In this document: piece after piece, positions 9,971 through 20,721 of the stretch
Layout: the number at the start of each line of letters is the position of its first letter
Position numbering within the stretch: the stretch's first letter is position 1
From: Weeksellaceae bacterium
GTDB lineage: Bacteria > Bacteroidota > Bacteroidia > Flavobacteriales > Weeksellaceae
Direction: 5' to 3'
Assembly (NCBI GenBank): GCA_041677705.1
Contig: JBAYPM010000005.1
Location: 23,102-87,101, forward strand
DNA length: 64,000 nt
Notes under the pieces: model-generated
Database searches by the model: none
Told to the model about the DNA's origin: nothing
Seen by the model: the letters and a program-made list of their open reading frames with translations, nothing else
Program-made: the position numbers and the translations under genes

Positions 9971-11989
9971 ATGAAAAAATTATTAATCATGGGTATTGCA
10001 TTATTGGCAGTAAACGGCATGAGTCAGGAGAAATTTCATGCCATTAATTTAGAAAATATGGATACCGGCATAAGACCGCAGGATGATTTTTACAATTTCG
10101 TCAACGGCAACTGGATGAAAACCGCAGAAATTCCTTCGGACCGATCACGATGGGGAAGTTTTGACGAATTGAGAGAAAATACAGACCAGACGACTTTGGC
10201 GATTCTGAAAGGTTTGCTTGGAAAAAATTTCCAAAAAGGAAGTGACGAACAGAAAATCGCAGATTTGTATGAATCTTATATCGATTTTGATGCAAGAAAT
10301 AAGGTAGGTCTCGCTCCAATTCAGCCCTATTTGGATAAAATCGACAAAATCAAAAATCTGAAAGAACTTCAGGATTATCTGACCGAAGTGACTCCGCTCG
10401 GATTCAATTCTCTGTATGGATTTTATGTTCGTTCACATATGAAGAACAGCGCCGAAAACGCAATTTATCTCGGCGGAATGAATCTTGGGATGGGGAGAAA
10501 TTATTATCAGAAAGACAACCAGGAAAACAGAGACAAACTTGAGCTGTATTCAAATTATATCGATAAAATTTACAGATTCACAGGCGAAAGGACAAGAGAT
10601 CTGAAAGGTCCGAAAGTTCTGGATTTTGAAAGACAGATTGCATCCAATCTGTGGACTGTGGAAGAGCAGAGAGACAGCAGAAAAAGATTCAATCCCTATT
10701 CGGTAAACGATCTGGTTCAGCTTTCAAAAAATGTGGATTTTAAAAAATTCCTGACCGATCTGAATGTAAAAACGGATTCTGTCATCATTGGCGAAATCAA
10801 TCTGTACAAGAATATGGATAAACTGATCAATATGGAAAATCTTCCGGTGATCAAAGAATATCTGAAATTCCATCTGATCGACGATGCAAGCGGTTATCTG
10901 ACCAAAGAACTCGATGAACTCAGTTTTGAATTTTACAGCAAACAATTGAGAGGTCAGCTGGAACAGAGGTCTCTTGACAAAAGAGGACTTGAATTTGTAA
11001 ACGGTTCCGCAGGTGAGCTTTTGGGTAAAATTTATGTAAAAGATAATTTTCCGCCCGAAGCAAAAGCAAGTGCAGTTGAAATGGTCGATTATCTGTTCAA
11101 ATCATTCAAGGTGCATATTAACAATCTGGAATGGATGTCGCCCGAAACCAAGGTGAAAGCATTGGAAAAACTGAGTAAGTTCACTGTAAAAATCGGTTAT
11201 CCGGACAAATGGAGAGATTATTCAAATCTTGAAATTTATTCGCACAACGAAGACCAGGCATTGTTCAAAAATATGATGAATCTGAAACTTTGGAGATACA
11301 ACTACAATTTTGACAAAATCGGAAAACCGGTTGACCGCACAGAATGGGGAATGAATCCTCAGACTGTGAATGCCTATTTCAATTCTTCTAACAACGAAAT
11401 CGTATTTCCGGCTGCCATTCTTCAATATCCGTTCTATGATTACAGGGCAGATGCGGCAGTGAATTTTGGCGGTATGGGTGCTGTAATCGGGCATGAAATT
11501 TCGCACAGCTTTGACGATTCGGGCGCTTTGTATGACGGCGACGGAAATCTGAAAAACTGGTGGACAAAAGAAGACGAAGAAAAATTCAAAGCGGCAGGCC
11601 AGGCATTGGCTGATCAGTACAGCAAATATGAACCTGTCAAAGGATCATTTGTCAACGGCAAATTCACTTTGGGTGAAAACATCGGTGATCTTGGCGGTGT
11701 TAGCGTTGCATTTGATGCATTGAAAATGTATCTGGAAGATCATGGAAATCCGGGACTGATCGACGGTTTTACACCAGAACAGAGATTCTTTATTTCATGG
11801 GCAACCATCTGGAGAACCAAATCAACAGATGAGGCGCTCAAGAATCAGGTGAATACAGATCCTCATTCGCCGGGTTATTACAGAGCATTCGGACCGATCA
11901 TCAATGTGGACGGATTCTTTGATGCATTCAATATCAAACCGGGTGACAAAATGTACAAGGCACCGACGGACAGAATTAGAATATGGTAA
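9971..11989 (+). CDS. pepO: M13 family (neprilysin-like) metalloendopeptidase
   Basis: QDDFYNFVNG, VNAYF, HEISH zinc motif, GENIGD; signal peptide starts at ATG 9971. Confidence 0.92.
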   Translation: MKKLLIMGIALLAVNGMSQEKFHAINLENMDTGIRPQDDFYNFVNGNWMKTAEIPSDRSRWGSFDELRENTDQTTLAILKGLLGKNFQKGSDEQKIADLYESYIDFDARNKVGLAPIQPYLDKIDKIKNLKELQDYLTEVTPLGFNSLYGFYVRSHMKNSAENAIYLGGMNLGMGRNYYQKDNQENRDKLELYSNYIDKIYRFTGERTRDLKGPKVLDFERQIASNLWTVEEQRDSRKRFNPYSVNDLVQLSKNVDFKKFLTDLNVKTDSVIIGEINLYKNMDKLINMENLPVIKEYLKFHLIDDASGYLTKELDELSFEFYSKQLRGQLEQRSLDKRGLEFVNGSAGELLGKIYVKDNFPPEAKASAVEMVDYLFKSFKVHINNLEWMSPETKVKALEKLSKFTVKIGYPDKWRDYSNLEIYSHNEDQALFKNMMNLKLWRYNYNFDKIGKPVDRTEWGMNPQTVNAYFNSSNNEIVFPAAILQYPFYDYRADAAVNFGGMGAVIGHEISHSFDDSGALYDGDGNLKNWWTKEDEEKFKAAGQALADQYSKYEPVKGSFVNGKFTLGENIGDLGGVSVAFDALKMYLEDHGNPGLIDGFTPEQRFFISWATIWRTKSTDEALKNQVNTDPHSPGYYRAFGPIINVDGFFDAFNIKPGDKMYKAPTDRIRIW

Positions 11990-12043
11990 CAGATGATTGT
12001 TCAGGGTTTATTCAGAAGATTATTTCTAAGAAAAATTATCAAA

Positions 12044-12328
12044 ATGACAACAGCAGATGCAGTTAAGAATTCAAATGCGACCTTTATAGATATCAGGGAA
12101 GCCTACGAACTTGAAATCGACGGAAAGATAGAAGGTGCAATCAATATTCCGCTGACCCAGATTCCGGATCGTGTGGATGAAATCAAGCAGATGTCAAAAC
12201 CGATCGTGGTATTTTGCAGAGGCGGCAACCGAGCCACTTCGGCATTCAGCTTTCTGATTGAAAAAGGAGTTGAGGAACTTTATTGCGCCGGCGGATATGA
12301 GGATGTAAATCAAATTTTGAACTCATAA
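12044..12328 (+). CDS. Rhodanese-like domain protein
   Basis: IDIRE..E, GAINIP, FCRGGNRA; alternative start 11993. Confidence 0.85.
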   Translation: MTTADAVKNSNATFIDIREAYELEIDGKIEGAINIPLTQIPDRVDEIKQMSKPIVVFCRGGNRATSAFSFLIEKGVEELYCAGGYEDVNQILNS

Positions 12329-12404
12329 AATCACCGGAAAATTACGCCTTGTCATTGGATTTACTAATGACAGGGCATTTTTTGTAAATTAAAACTCAAA
12401 ACCG

Positions 12405-13028
12405 ATGACCAAAAAAGAGAGAGCGGCGGTCGTGATGGAAGAACTTGAAAAACTCTATCCGAAACCGGCCATTCCGCTTGATCATTATGATCCGTTTACT
12501 TTATTGGTGGCTGTTGTGCTTTCTGCCCAGACCACCGACAAAAAAGTAAATGAAATCACACCCGAACTGTTTGCAAGTGCATCCAATCCAAAGGAGATGA
12601 GTCTGCTCAAAATCGATGAAATCAAACATCTGATCCGTCAGATCGGTCTTTCAAATACAAAGGCAAAAAATCTGAAACGACTGTCGGAAATACTGGTCGA
12701 AAAATACAATGGCGAAGTGCCCCAGACTTTTGAAGAACTCGAGGAACTGCCTGGCGTCGGTCACAAAACCGCTTCTGTGGTGATGTCTCAGGCATTTGGC
12801 CATCCTGCTTTTCCGGTCGATACCCACATTCACCGGCTGATGAAACTCTGGAAACTGAGCAACGGGAAATCTGTGGAACAGACAGAAAAAGATGCCAAGA
12901 AACTGTTTCCGAAAGAAGCCTGGAACAAGCTTCATATTCAGATCATCTATTACGGCAGGGAATATTCGCCGGCACGCGGCAGAAATGATGAAAAAGACTT
13001 TATCACCTGCAAATTATTTGAGAAATAA
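12405..13028 (+). CDS. nth: Endonuclease III
   Basis: LVAVVLSAQTTD, HhH LPGVGHKTA, FPVDTH. Confidence 0.92.
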   Translation: MTKKERAAVVMEELEKLYPKPAIPLDHYDPFTLLVAVVLSAQTTDKKVNEITPELFASASNPKEMSLLKIDEIKHLIRQIGLSNTKAKNLKRLSEILVEKYNGEVPQTFEELEELPGVGHKTASVVMSQAFGHPAFPVDTHIHRLMKLWKLSNGKSVEQTEKDAKKLFPKEAWNKLHIQIIYYGREYSPARGRNDEKDFITCKLFEK

Positions 13029-13068
13029 GTCAGTTCCAATTTAAAACCGATTCACACCATTATTTTAT

Positions 13069-13076
13069 TAAATTTG
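13069..13076 (+). promoter_or_regulatory. Bacteroidota -7 promoter box
   Basis: taaatttg 20 nt upstream of the fabH-like ATG. Confidence 0.55.
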
Positions 13077-13095
13077 CATTCTAAACAATTTTCCT

Positions 13096-14175
13096 ATGTT
13101 GAATACAGTAATCACCGGCTCAGGTCATTTTTTACCCGAAAGGATCATAAAGAACGATTTTTTTCTGGGTTATGATTTCTTTGGAGAGGACGGTCAGAAA
13201 ATCGAAAAACCGATTGAAGAGACCATCGCAAAATTTCAGGAAATCACAGAAATCGAGGAAAGAAGATATGCAGACGATCGCATGTACACTTCTGATCTGG
13301 CGGCGATTGCAGCAAAAAAAGCATTGGAAGAAGCAGGGATCGATAAGGAAGAACTCGATTATGTGATCGTTGCCAACAATTACGGAGACATCGATCCGGT
13401 GTACAGGCAGGTGGACAGTATGCCTTCGATTGCGACCCGTGTAAAAAACAAACTCGGCATCAAAAACAACCATTGCCGTCCGTACGAAATGCTGTTTGGT
13501 TGTCCGGGCTGGATCGAGGGAATGATCCTGGCACATCATCTGTTTTTGTCGGGTACTGCAAAAAAAGCTTTGGTGATCGGCGCCGACACACTGTCAAGAG
13601 CTGTTGATCCCCACGACCGTACCGCAATGATTTTTTCGGACGGAGCAGGTGCAGTCGTTCTCGAAGCGGTAGAATCCGATAAAAAAGAAGGAATCATTTC
13701 TTACGATACACTTTGCGACAGTCTGGATGAAATGGATTATCTGACCAATGACGAATCGCTGAAAACAGATTATGAAGGTTCAAAAGTCAACATCAAAATG
13801 AGAGGAAGAAAGGTGTATGAATATGCACTCAGAAAAGTTCCGGCGCTGATCAAAAGGACGATTGACAAATCGGGACTCGACATCTCTGACATCAACAAAA
13901 TACTGTTGCATCAGGCAAATGCAAAAATGGATCATGCCATGATTCAAAGACTTTTCAGACTGTACAATCTGAAAGAAATTCCGGAAGGGCTTGCACCGAT
14001 GACGGTCCAAAAATTCGGGAACTCTTCGGTGGCAACCGTTCCGACTATGTACGATCTGATTTCAAAAAATATGCTCGACGATCACAAATTCAATCCGGGT
14101 GACCATCTGGTATTCGGTTCGGTGGGCGCGGGAATGAATATCAATGCGGTGGTTTATAAAATTCCCGAAAAATAA
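13096..14175 (+). CDS. fabH: 3-oxoacyl-ACP synthase III family protein
   Basis: Catalytic Cys in FGCPGW, His in LHQAN, Asn in FGNSS; GSVGAGM. Confidence 0.85.
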   Translation: MLNTVITGSGHFLPERIIKNDFFLGYDFFGEDGQKIEKPIEETIAKFQEITEIEERRYADDRMYTSDLAAIAAKKALEEAGIDKEELDYVIVANNYGDIDPVYRQVDSMPSIATRVKNKLGIKNNHCRPYEMLFGCPGWIEGMILAHHLFLSGTAKKALVIGADTLSRAVDPHDRTAMIFSDGAGAVVLEAVESDKKEGIISYDTLCDSLDEMDYLTNDESLKTDYEGSKVNIKMRGRKVYEYALRKVPALIKRTIDKSGLDISDINKILLHQANAKMDHAMIQRLFRLYNLKEIPEGLAPMTVQKFGNSSVATVPTMYDLISKNMLDDHKFNPGDHLVFGSVGAGMNINAVVYKIPEK

Positions 14176-14299
14176 TCAGCCGACCGAAAATATCTACGCA
14201 GCTGATTCTCAGACAACAGTCTGAATCCTATTTGATTTAATTGTTAACGATATGTTAAAGTTTGTGACTTTTTCAAATTGATTGTGTCCAAATAGTAGT

Positions 14300-14878
14300 A
14301 TGGTGTCAATGGCGGCACAGAATCCAAAGGAGAAAATAAGTGATGAAGCACTTATCAAAAAAATAAATGAGACGAGTGATACCCATTTGTTCGGACTGCT
14401 TTATGACCGGTATTCGGGCGCAGTGTACAACAAATGCATCAGTTTCACATCGGATATGGAGGCCGCACAGGATTTGACACAGGATATATTTGTGAAGCTC
14501 TTTGTCAAACTGAAAAGCTTTAGAGGTGAATCAAAATTTTCAACCTGGCTGTACACATTTACCTACAACCACTGTGTGAATTTTGTTCAAAGGGAAATGA
14601 AAACTGAAAATAACATCCAAACGGCGGTAGAGGATTTGGAAGAAGAACCGGTCGAAGAAATTTCTGATCGTGAAATCTTTGAACTGAAAGCCGAAAAATT
14701 GAAAAAAGCGCTTCAAATGCTGAATCCGACCGATCGGATGATGCTGTTGCTGAAATATCAGGACGACATCAGCATCAGGGAAATTGCGTCAACAACGGAG
14801 TTGAGCGAAAGCGCGGTAAAAATGAGGCTGTCAAGAGCCAAAATGAATCTGGTTAAATTTTATAATGATTTGAAGTGA
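14300..14878 (+). CDS. ECF (sigma-70 group 4) RNA polymerase sigma factor
   Basis: AQDLTQDIFVKLF, SKFSTWLY, EIAS...SESAVKMRLSRA; start could be 14309. Confidence 0.9.
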   Translation: MVSMAAQNPKEKISDEALIKKINETSDTHLFGLLYDRYSGAVYNKCISFTSDMEAAQDLTQDIFVKLFVKLKSFRGESKFSTWLYTFTYNHCVNFVQREMKTENNIQTAVEDLEEEPVEEISDREIFELKAEKLKKALQMLNPTDRMMLLLKYQDDISIREIASTTELSESAVKMRLSRAKMNLVKFYNDLK

Positions 14879-15084
14879 TTGAGAATCCGTTTAAAAATAT
14901 AATCGAACACCGACAGGTTCCGGAAATATTGAAGGAACGGGTGATGAACGACATCAGACTGATCAAACTGTCTATGGATATGGCTGATCTGGTGGCGGTC
15001 AAATACCCGTCCTCGATCTTCAATCTGCTCAATACTGCCACAAAAAAGAAAAAGGACGATAACAGAAATTCAGATAAAAATTAA
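14875..15084 (+). CDS. Small hypothetical protein (possible anti-sigma)
   Basis: 69 aa, 4-nt overlap with the sigma stop codon. Confidence 0.65.
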   Translation: MIENPFKNIIEHRQVPEILKERVMNDIRLIKLSMDMADLVAVKYPSSIFNLLNTATKKKKDDNRNSDKN

Positions 15085-15095
15085 AAGTATGCTTT

Positions 15096-15917
15096 ATGGA
15101 AAGATCCACTGAACTGCTCCAGAACCTGTATGATTATTTTATAGAAGTTTCACCCAAGATTCTGATCGGAATCGGATTTGTCATTTTGGCCATTCTGATT
15201 TACCGGATCATTGTCTGGGTCATCAGAAAACTTTTGAAATTCTCAAAAATCAACAAACTGAATTCAAAAATCAATAAGATTGAATTTTTTGAAAGCTCAA
15301 ATTTCAAAATCGATATTTCAAAAATCATTGTCGGATTTGTTAAATTCATTCTGATTTTGATTCTGTTGGTCGTCGGAAGCGAAATGCTGAATCTTGAAAT
15401 TATTTCGGAACAAATCGGTGTACTGCTTGCCTATATGCCGAAATTTCTGTCGGGACTGCTGATTTTTTCAATCGGAATCTATATTGCGGCACAGCTCAAA
15501 AAAGTGGTTTACAACACTCTGAAATCATTTGATGCGGGCGGGTCAAAACTTATCAGTTCACTGGTTTTTTACCTGATTTTCATTTTTATGACAATCACTG
15601 CAATCAACCAGATCGGAATCGATACAGCAATCATTTCAACCAATCTGTCGTACATCATCGGTGCGGCGCTGGTTACGGTCACCATCGCAGTGGGACTCGG
15701 TTCCAGAGACATCATCCACAGACTGCTGTTGGGCTATTACACCAAAAAGAATCTGAAGACAGGAATGAAAATCAGGATGAATGAGGTAACCGGAATCATC
15801 GAATCGATTGACAATATCTGTATGATTTTGAAAACCGACGAACAGAAAATCATCATACCGATTAAAGAAATCAACGAATCCAAGGTCACCATCATCGAAG
15901 AATCCGAACAGGAATAA
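15096..15917 (+). CDS. Mechanosensitive channel MscS-family / TM-helix-repeat membrane protein
   Basis: Multiple TM helices, AVGLGSRDII, C-terminal beta domain GIIESIDNI. Confidence 0.75.
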   Translation: MERSTELLQNLYDYFIEVSPKILIGIGFVILAILIYRIIVWVIRKLLKFSKINKLNSKINKIEFFESSNFKIDISKIIVGFVKFILILILLVVGSEMLNLEIISEQIGVLLAYMPKFLSGLLIFSIGIYIAAQLKKVVYNTLKSFDAGGSKLISSLVFYLIFIFMTITAINQIGIDTAIISTNLSYIIGAALVTVTIAVGLGSRDIIHRLLLGYYTKKNLKTGMKIRMNEVTGIIESIDNICMILKTDEQKIIIPIKEINESKVTIIEESEQE

Positions 15918-16043
15918 GGACTTATCCAAATCATTTTTCAATACTTTAACCAAACTTGACCTTATCCGGCCAACCGATCAAACTTAACCTAAATTTTGGA
16001 GGGCCCTATTGCTCGATCTCCAACCTACGGGCAATAGTTTTTT

Positions 16044-16076
16044 GCCGGCTGTGTTTTCAGCCGGCATTTTTTTTAA
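16044..16076 (+). terminator. Rho-independent terminator
   Basis: gccggctg-tgttttc-agccggc followed by a long T run. Confidence 0.65.
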
Positions 16077-16201
16077 TGTTTTGTTAATTGATTTTAACAT
16101 TTGTTAATTTTTTACTAAAGTTCGTTGAGCAGCCCAAAATTAAAGCTTTTAAAGTTTAGTTTTGTAAACAAATCAAGGGGGTTTTCTTAGTTAAGGGACA
16201 A

Positions 16202-16837
16202 ATGAAGGGACTGAATTTAGTAATTTTTATTGCAATTGCAATTGTGGCCGCATCCTGCGGTTCACTAATTCCCGCAAATCAGGCAAAAACAAATTATCTT
16301 CCCATCGATCGTTCCTACTACGCAGAAAGCTCAATCATCAACAAAACTCTTTTTGAGGAAAACAAAGCCAACGAAGCAAGTCAGGTAAAAGTCAAAAAAG
16401 AAAAAACCGCAATCGAGGAACTCAATGACATCCACACTTTTGCAATGGCTTCTTTTGTAACCGGCATACTTTCGGAAGCAGAATCTTATCTGGGTGTTCC
16501 TTACCGTTACGGCGGAACTTCAAGAAGCGGAATTGACTGTTCGGCGTTTGTTCAGCGGGTTTTCGAAATCTTTGATCAGGATCTGCCGCGGGTTTCTTCT
16601 GCACAGGCAAAAGAAGGTCATCCGGTTTCAAAAGACGAACTGAGAGCCGGCGATCTGATCTTTTTTGCAACCAACGGAGGCAGCCGTGTAAGCCATGTCG
16701 GGATTGTTCACAATGTTTCAGATCAGGGTGATGTTGAATTTATACATGCATCGACTTCAAAAGGAGTGATCGTTTCTCCGCTCAGCGATTCATACTGGTC
16801 AAAAAGATATCTGTACGCAAAAAGACTGATCGACTGA
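16202..16837 (+). CDS. NlpC/P60 (C40) peptidoglycan endopeptidase lipoprotein
   Basis: Lipobox AASC, YLGVPYRYGG, GIDCSAFV, SHVG, FIHAS. Confidence 0.92.
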   Translation: MKGLNLVIFIAIAIVAASCGSLIPANQAKTNYLPIDRSYYAESSIINKTLFEENKANEASQVKVKKEKTAIEELNDIHTFAMASFVTGILSEAESYLGVPYRYGGTSRSGIDCSAFVQRVFEIFDQDLPRVSSAQAKEGHPVSKDELRAGDLIFFATNGGSRVSHVGIVHNVSDQGDVEFIHASTSKGVIVSPLSDSYWSKRYLYAKRLID

Positions 16838-16986
16838 TCGGAAATCTATTCTTATCTTACAATCCTTTAATTTATAATTGTTTCGGCACTGTTTTGGGAG
16901 CGAAGCGATTCAAAAATTGTAACGAAACAACTGAAATTTTATTTATAGGAGCCTGTTTATATTTTATTTTCATGTCCTCTGAAAGG

Positions 16987-17211
16987 TCATGTCCGCCTGC
17001 CGGCAGGCAGTACAAAACTTTTTGTAAATACAGGCAGCTGCGGTGCACCAACCTGTGAAGTAAAAGTATTTGTTTGTTGAGTAGTAACCACTTTATAAGT
17101 TTGTTCGGGTGTGATTTGGTAATTTGATACCTGTGAGGTAAAAGTATGCGATACCTGTGCGAGAACTGTGGTTGCTATACAAAGCAACACACAGGAAATT
17201 AAATTTTTCAT
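16987..17211 (-). pseudogene. 5' fragment of a secreted protein with a C25-propeptide-like start
   Basis: Signal peptide then VGAPQLPVFTKSFVLP, ending after 74 aa at a 14-bp palindrome. Confidence 0.5.
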
Positions 17212-17222
17212 GATGAATAGGT

Positions 17223-18440
17223 TTAGTTGATGATGATTTTTTTGGTCAAGGTTTTATCTCCGGTTTTTACCGAGAGAATGTAGGCTCCTTTTGGAAATCC
17301 TTGTGTATTTATTGTCGTCTTGTTTGTATTAAGTGTAATTGAATAAGCCTGTTTTCCGGTTATGTCAGTCAATGAAATATCTACTCTCATTGGTCTATCA
17401 AAAACAAGATTTAATTTATTAGATACCGGATTGGGATATATTTTTATATTATTATAACTCAATTCATTTTCTGAAATGCTCATAGTATTGATTCCGGTTC
17501 CGTTTTTCCAGATTGTACCTTTATTATACTTCATTCCCACTACATATCCTGTTGTTTCATCCGAAAAATGAATGGAAAGCATATCAATTTCATCATTATG
17601 CTCCCAGGCGATTGTTTCGATATAATTTTCGGAATCCAATGAGGTAATATTAGCAATCCCATGACTTGAAGGGTCCCCTCCTAAATCTCCCGGAATTATG
17701 CCCCAAACATTATTTTCATTTATAACAAAAATATCAAATAGAAGACCAGCACCTCCAAATCCTAAATTAACAAAATTATCTCCTCCATCTGTTGTTTTTA
17801 ATAAACTTCCGTTATAACAAAAACCTATTTCCTCATCTAAAAAATGAGCCGGGCCTGCTGCCAATCCTGTTAAATTATTCCATACCCCCCCCCCATTTTC
17901 TGTTTTTGACAAGACAGAACCAAATGACTCCCATAGAAAACCGATATCACTATTTAAAAATTGTATTTGAGACAAAAGAGGTAAGGTTACTTCTATAGTT
18001 TCCCAGTTTTCTCCTCCGTCTTCCGTTTTTAATATAGCATTGTTACTGGTGGAAATAAAAATCAGGTTTTCATCGACACAGGACAACCCTGCAAGACTAA
18101 AGCCACTTTCTGTATCAATTACATTCCAGGTTTCACCACCATCTATAGTTTTGAGAAGCGTGCCTCCATCTGCCGTTATGTATCCAATATCCGGTGTTGG
18201 GAATTGAATTTCGCCTAATCCGCTTGTGGTACCGGAGGGTTTCTGTACCCAAGTTTCACCACCGTCTGTAGTTTTGAGAATGGTGCCGTTGGCACCCACT
18301 ACGACAACAATATCGGGTGTTATAGCATAAACATCATTGAAAACAGGCGGGTTTTCCATACCTGTGTCAAGCTCTACCCACTGGGCTTTTCCATAAGAAA
18401 GACAAAGGATAATGCTAAAAAGAGAGATAAGTGTTTTCAT
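17223..18440 (-). CDS. T9SS type A cargo with BNR/YCF48-like repeats
   Basis: Repeated ILKTTDGGETW motifs; CTD IKIYPNPV...KGAYIL...TKKIIIN; start placed at MKTLISLF. Confidence 0.88.
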   Translation of the reverse strand: MKTLISLFSIILCLSYGKAQWVELDTGMENPPVFNDVYAITPDIVVVVGANGTILKTTDGGETWVQKPSGTTSGLGEIQFPTPDIGYITADGGTLLKTIDGGETWNVIDTESGFSLAGLSCVDENLIFISTSNNAILKTEDGGENWETIEVTLPLLSQIQFLNSDIGFLWESFGSVLSKTENGGGVWNNLTGLAAGPAHFLDEEIGFCYNGSLLKTTDGGDNFVNLGFGGAGLLFDIFVINENNVWGIIPGDLGGDPSSHGIANITSLDSENYIETIAWEHNDEIDMLSIHFSDETTGYVVGMKYNKGTIWKNGTGINTMSISENELSYNNIKIYPNPVSNKLNLVFDRPMRVDISLTDITGKQAYSITLNTNKTTINTQGFPKGAYILSVKTGDKTLTKKIIIN

Positions 18441-18789
18441 GTTTTGCAGTTTTTTTAATGTTATGATTCTAAAGGTAATAAGTTTTTTTCTTATAAAAGA
18501 TATTCCGGTATTATTTTCTAAAAATTCATCAGCCAAAACATTTTGCTTCTTTTATTTGCAGGCAGCTCATTTTCCGGTGAATCATAAAAAAACTGGTTTT
18601 TCAAAAGATTTCAATCGCTATAGGTTTTGGCTCACAGGAAAAGGAAAAAAGTTTTTGGTTTTCGAAGTATTTTTGTCGCACAGCAATACAAAAATAATCA
18701 CAGGATAATGTGAATCAACTTCCTGCAACAAATCTTATTATCTCATTTCAGAATGCGTCCTAATTTCTTAATTTCGTCAAAAAATTAAT

Positions 18790-19710
18790 TTGAAACCCAA
18801 ATCACTCCATCCAAACGATCAGGTTGCAATCGTTGCGCCTTCGGGAAGGGTTTTCCCGGAAGAACTGAATGCCGGTTTGAAACTGATCCGAAGCTGGCAG
18901 CTGACCGCCAAAACCGGAGAAAATATTTTTGAGGATTATTTTTTGGGTTATCATTATGCCGGAACCCAACAGCAAAGAACAGCAGATCTTCAAGATGTTT
19001 TGGATGATGATTCTGTCAAAGCAATTTGGTTTGCACGGGGCGGATACGGCGCAGTCCATCTGATCGACCGGATCAACTGGACAAAGTTTCTGCAAAATCC
19101 AAAATGGCTGATTGGCTATTCTGACATCACCGCTTTTCACAATCATCTGAATAATTTTGGCATCCAAACCCTGCATGCCGTCACCGTCAAACGACTGAAA
19201 ACCGAATATACAGACGAATCTTTTGAAAGTTTGAGAAAAGTTCTTTTTGGCGAAAAATTAAACTATCACCTCAAAGCCAATCCGTACAATCGTTTTGGAA
19301 AGGCCGGCGGAAAACTTGTCGGCGGAAATCTGTCGCTGATCTGCAGTCTGACCGGCAGTCGTTCCGAAATCAAAGGCGAAAATCTGATTTTGTTTATCGA
19401 AGACTGGTGCGAAAACTGGTATCATCTCGACCGTATGCTGATGAATCTGAAACGCAGCGGACTGCTTGACAGTATTTCGGGTCTGATTGTTGGGAATTTC
19501 ACAAAAATGGATATTGAAGATGAAAACCCCGATTATGAAAACGGTTTTGATCCGGTTTCTTATCAAATAATTTATAATTTTATAAAAGATTACAACATAC
19601 CGGTCTGTTTTGGTTTTCCGGCAGGTCATACCGGCGACAACCGTGCGCTGATCATGGGCGCAGAAATCAGCCTGGAATCGGATCCGGGCGGTGTAAAAAT
19701 AGAATTCTGA
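18790..19710 (+). CDS. ldcA: LD-carboxypeptidase (S66)
   Basis: ARGGYG, IGYSDIT, GGNLSL, LFIED, PAGH. Confidence 0.9.
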   Translation: MKPKSLHPNDQVAIVAPSGRVFPEELNAGLKLIRSWQLTAKTGENIFEDYFLGYHYAGTQQQRTADLQDVLDDDSVKAIWFARGGYGAVHLIDRINWTKFLQNPKWLIGYSDITAFHNHLNNFGIQTLHAVTVKRLKTEYTDESFESLRKVLFGEKLNYHLKANPYNRFGKAGGKLVGGNLSLICSLTGSRSEIKGENLILFIEDWCENWYHLDRMLMNLKRSGLLDSISGLIVGNFTKMDIEDENPDYENGFDPVSYQIIYNFIKDYNIPVCFGFPAGHTGDNRALIMGAEISLESDPGGVKIEF

Positions 19711-19713
19711 AAA

Positions 19714-20343
19714 ATGAAAAATGTAATTGTACTCGATCATCCGCTGATCAAAAGCAAAATGACACAGATCCGAAGAAAGGACACGCCGACCAAGATGTTC
19801 AAAGAACTGGTCAAGGAAATCTCAACATTGATGTGTTACGAACTGACACGCGATCTGGAAACCGAAGAAATCCAAATTGAAACACCGATCAGCAAAACCG
19901 TCGGCTATAAAATCAAAGGTGAGGACATCGTTCTGGTGCCGATACTGAGAGCCGGTCTGGGAATGGTCGAAGGAATTCAGGATCTGATACCCAATGCAAA
20001 AATCGGTCATATCGGAATTTATCGCGATCACGAAACCCTTCAGCCGGTTGAATATCTGTGCAAACTGCCGCCCAATATTGAAAAACGCGATGCGATCGTC
20101 GTCGATCCGATGCTTGCCACCGGCGGTTCCGCGGTCAAGGCAATTGAAATCCTGAAGTCTCACGGCGTGAAATCCATACGGCTTGCCTGTCTGGTCGGCT
20201 GTCCCGAAGGGATAGAAACGGTGCATAACCATTATCCCAAAATTCCGATTTATCTGGCTGCGCTTGACAAAGGTTTGAACGAAAAGAGCTATATTGTTCC
20301 GGGTCTCGGTGATGCCGGCGACCGATTGTTTGGAACCCAATAA
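19714..20343 (+). CDS. upp: Uracil phosphoribosyltransferase
   Basis: [37 protein letters not shown]. Confidence 0.97.
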   Translation: MKNVIVLDHPLIKSKMTQIRRKDTPTKMFKELVKEISTLMCYELTRDLETEEIQIETPISKTVGYKIKGEDIVLVPILRAGLGMVEGIQDLIPNAKIGHIGIYRDHETLQPVEYLCKLPPNIEKRDAIVVDPMLATGGSAVKAIEILKSHGVKSIRLACLVGCPEGIETVHNHYPKIPIYLAALDKGLNEKSYIVPGLGDAGDRLFGTQ

Positions 20344-20352
20344 AAATTTATC

Positions 20353-20721
20353 ATGGCAGACCATAATCTTTTTGGAATTGAAGCTGAAAAACAGGCTGCC
20401 GATTTTTTGGAGAAAAAAGGTTATGAAATCATCGAAAGAAACTGGACTTTTCTGAAAGCCGAAATCGACATCATCGCAAGAGCTCCCGAAAAAGACGAGC
20501 TTGTAATCGTAGAGGTCAAAGCAAGAAAAAAAGATCCGCTGGTACTGCCCGAACTGGCGGTCAACAAAAAGAAACGAAGACTGCTGATTACAGCGGCAGA
20601 CGAATACATCGTATCAAATGAAATCGATCTGGACTGCCGTTTCGACATCATCAGCATTGAAAAATCAAAGGACGAATGGTTCATCGACCATATTGAAAAT
20701 GCATTTTTTTCATTTGAATAA
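20353..20721 (+). CDS. YraN family protein
   Basis: GYEIIERNW, EIDIIA, IVEVKAR, RFDII. Confidence 0.9.
   Translation: MADHNLFGIEAEKQAADFLEKKGYEIIERNWTFLKAEIDIIARAPEKDELVIVEVKARKKDPLVLPELAVNKKKRRLLITAADEYIVSNEIDLDCRFDIISIEKSKDEWFIDHIENAFFSFE

Noticed and set aside
15960-16040. Hairpin ctattgctcg...gggcaatag before the terminator as a possible sRNA
   Set aside because: Single copy with no recognisable motif; explainable as part of a 3' UTR/terminator
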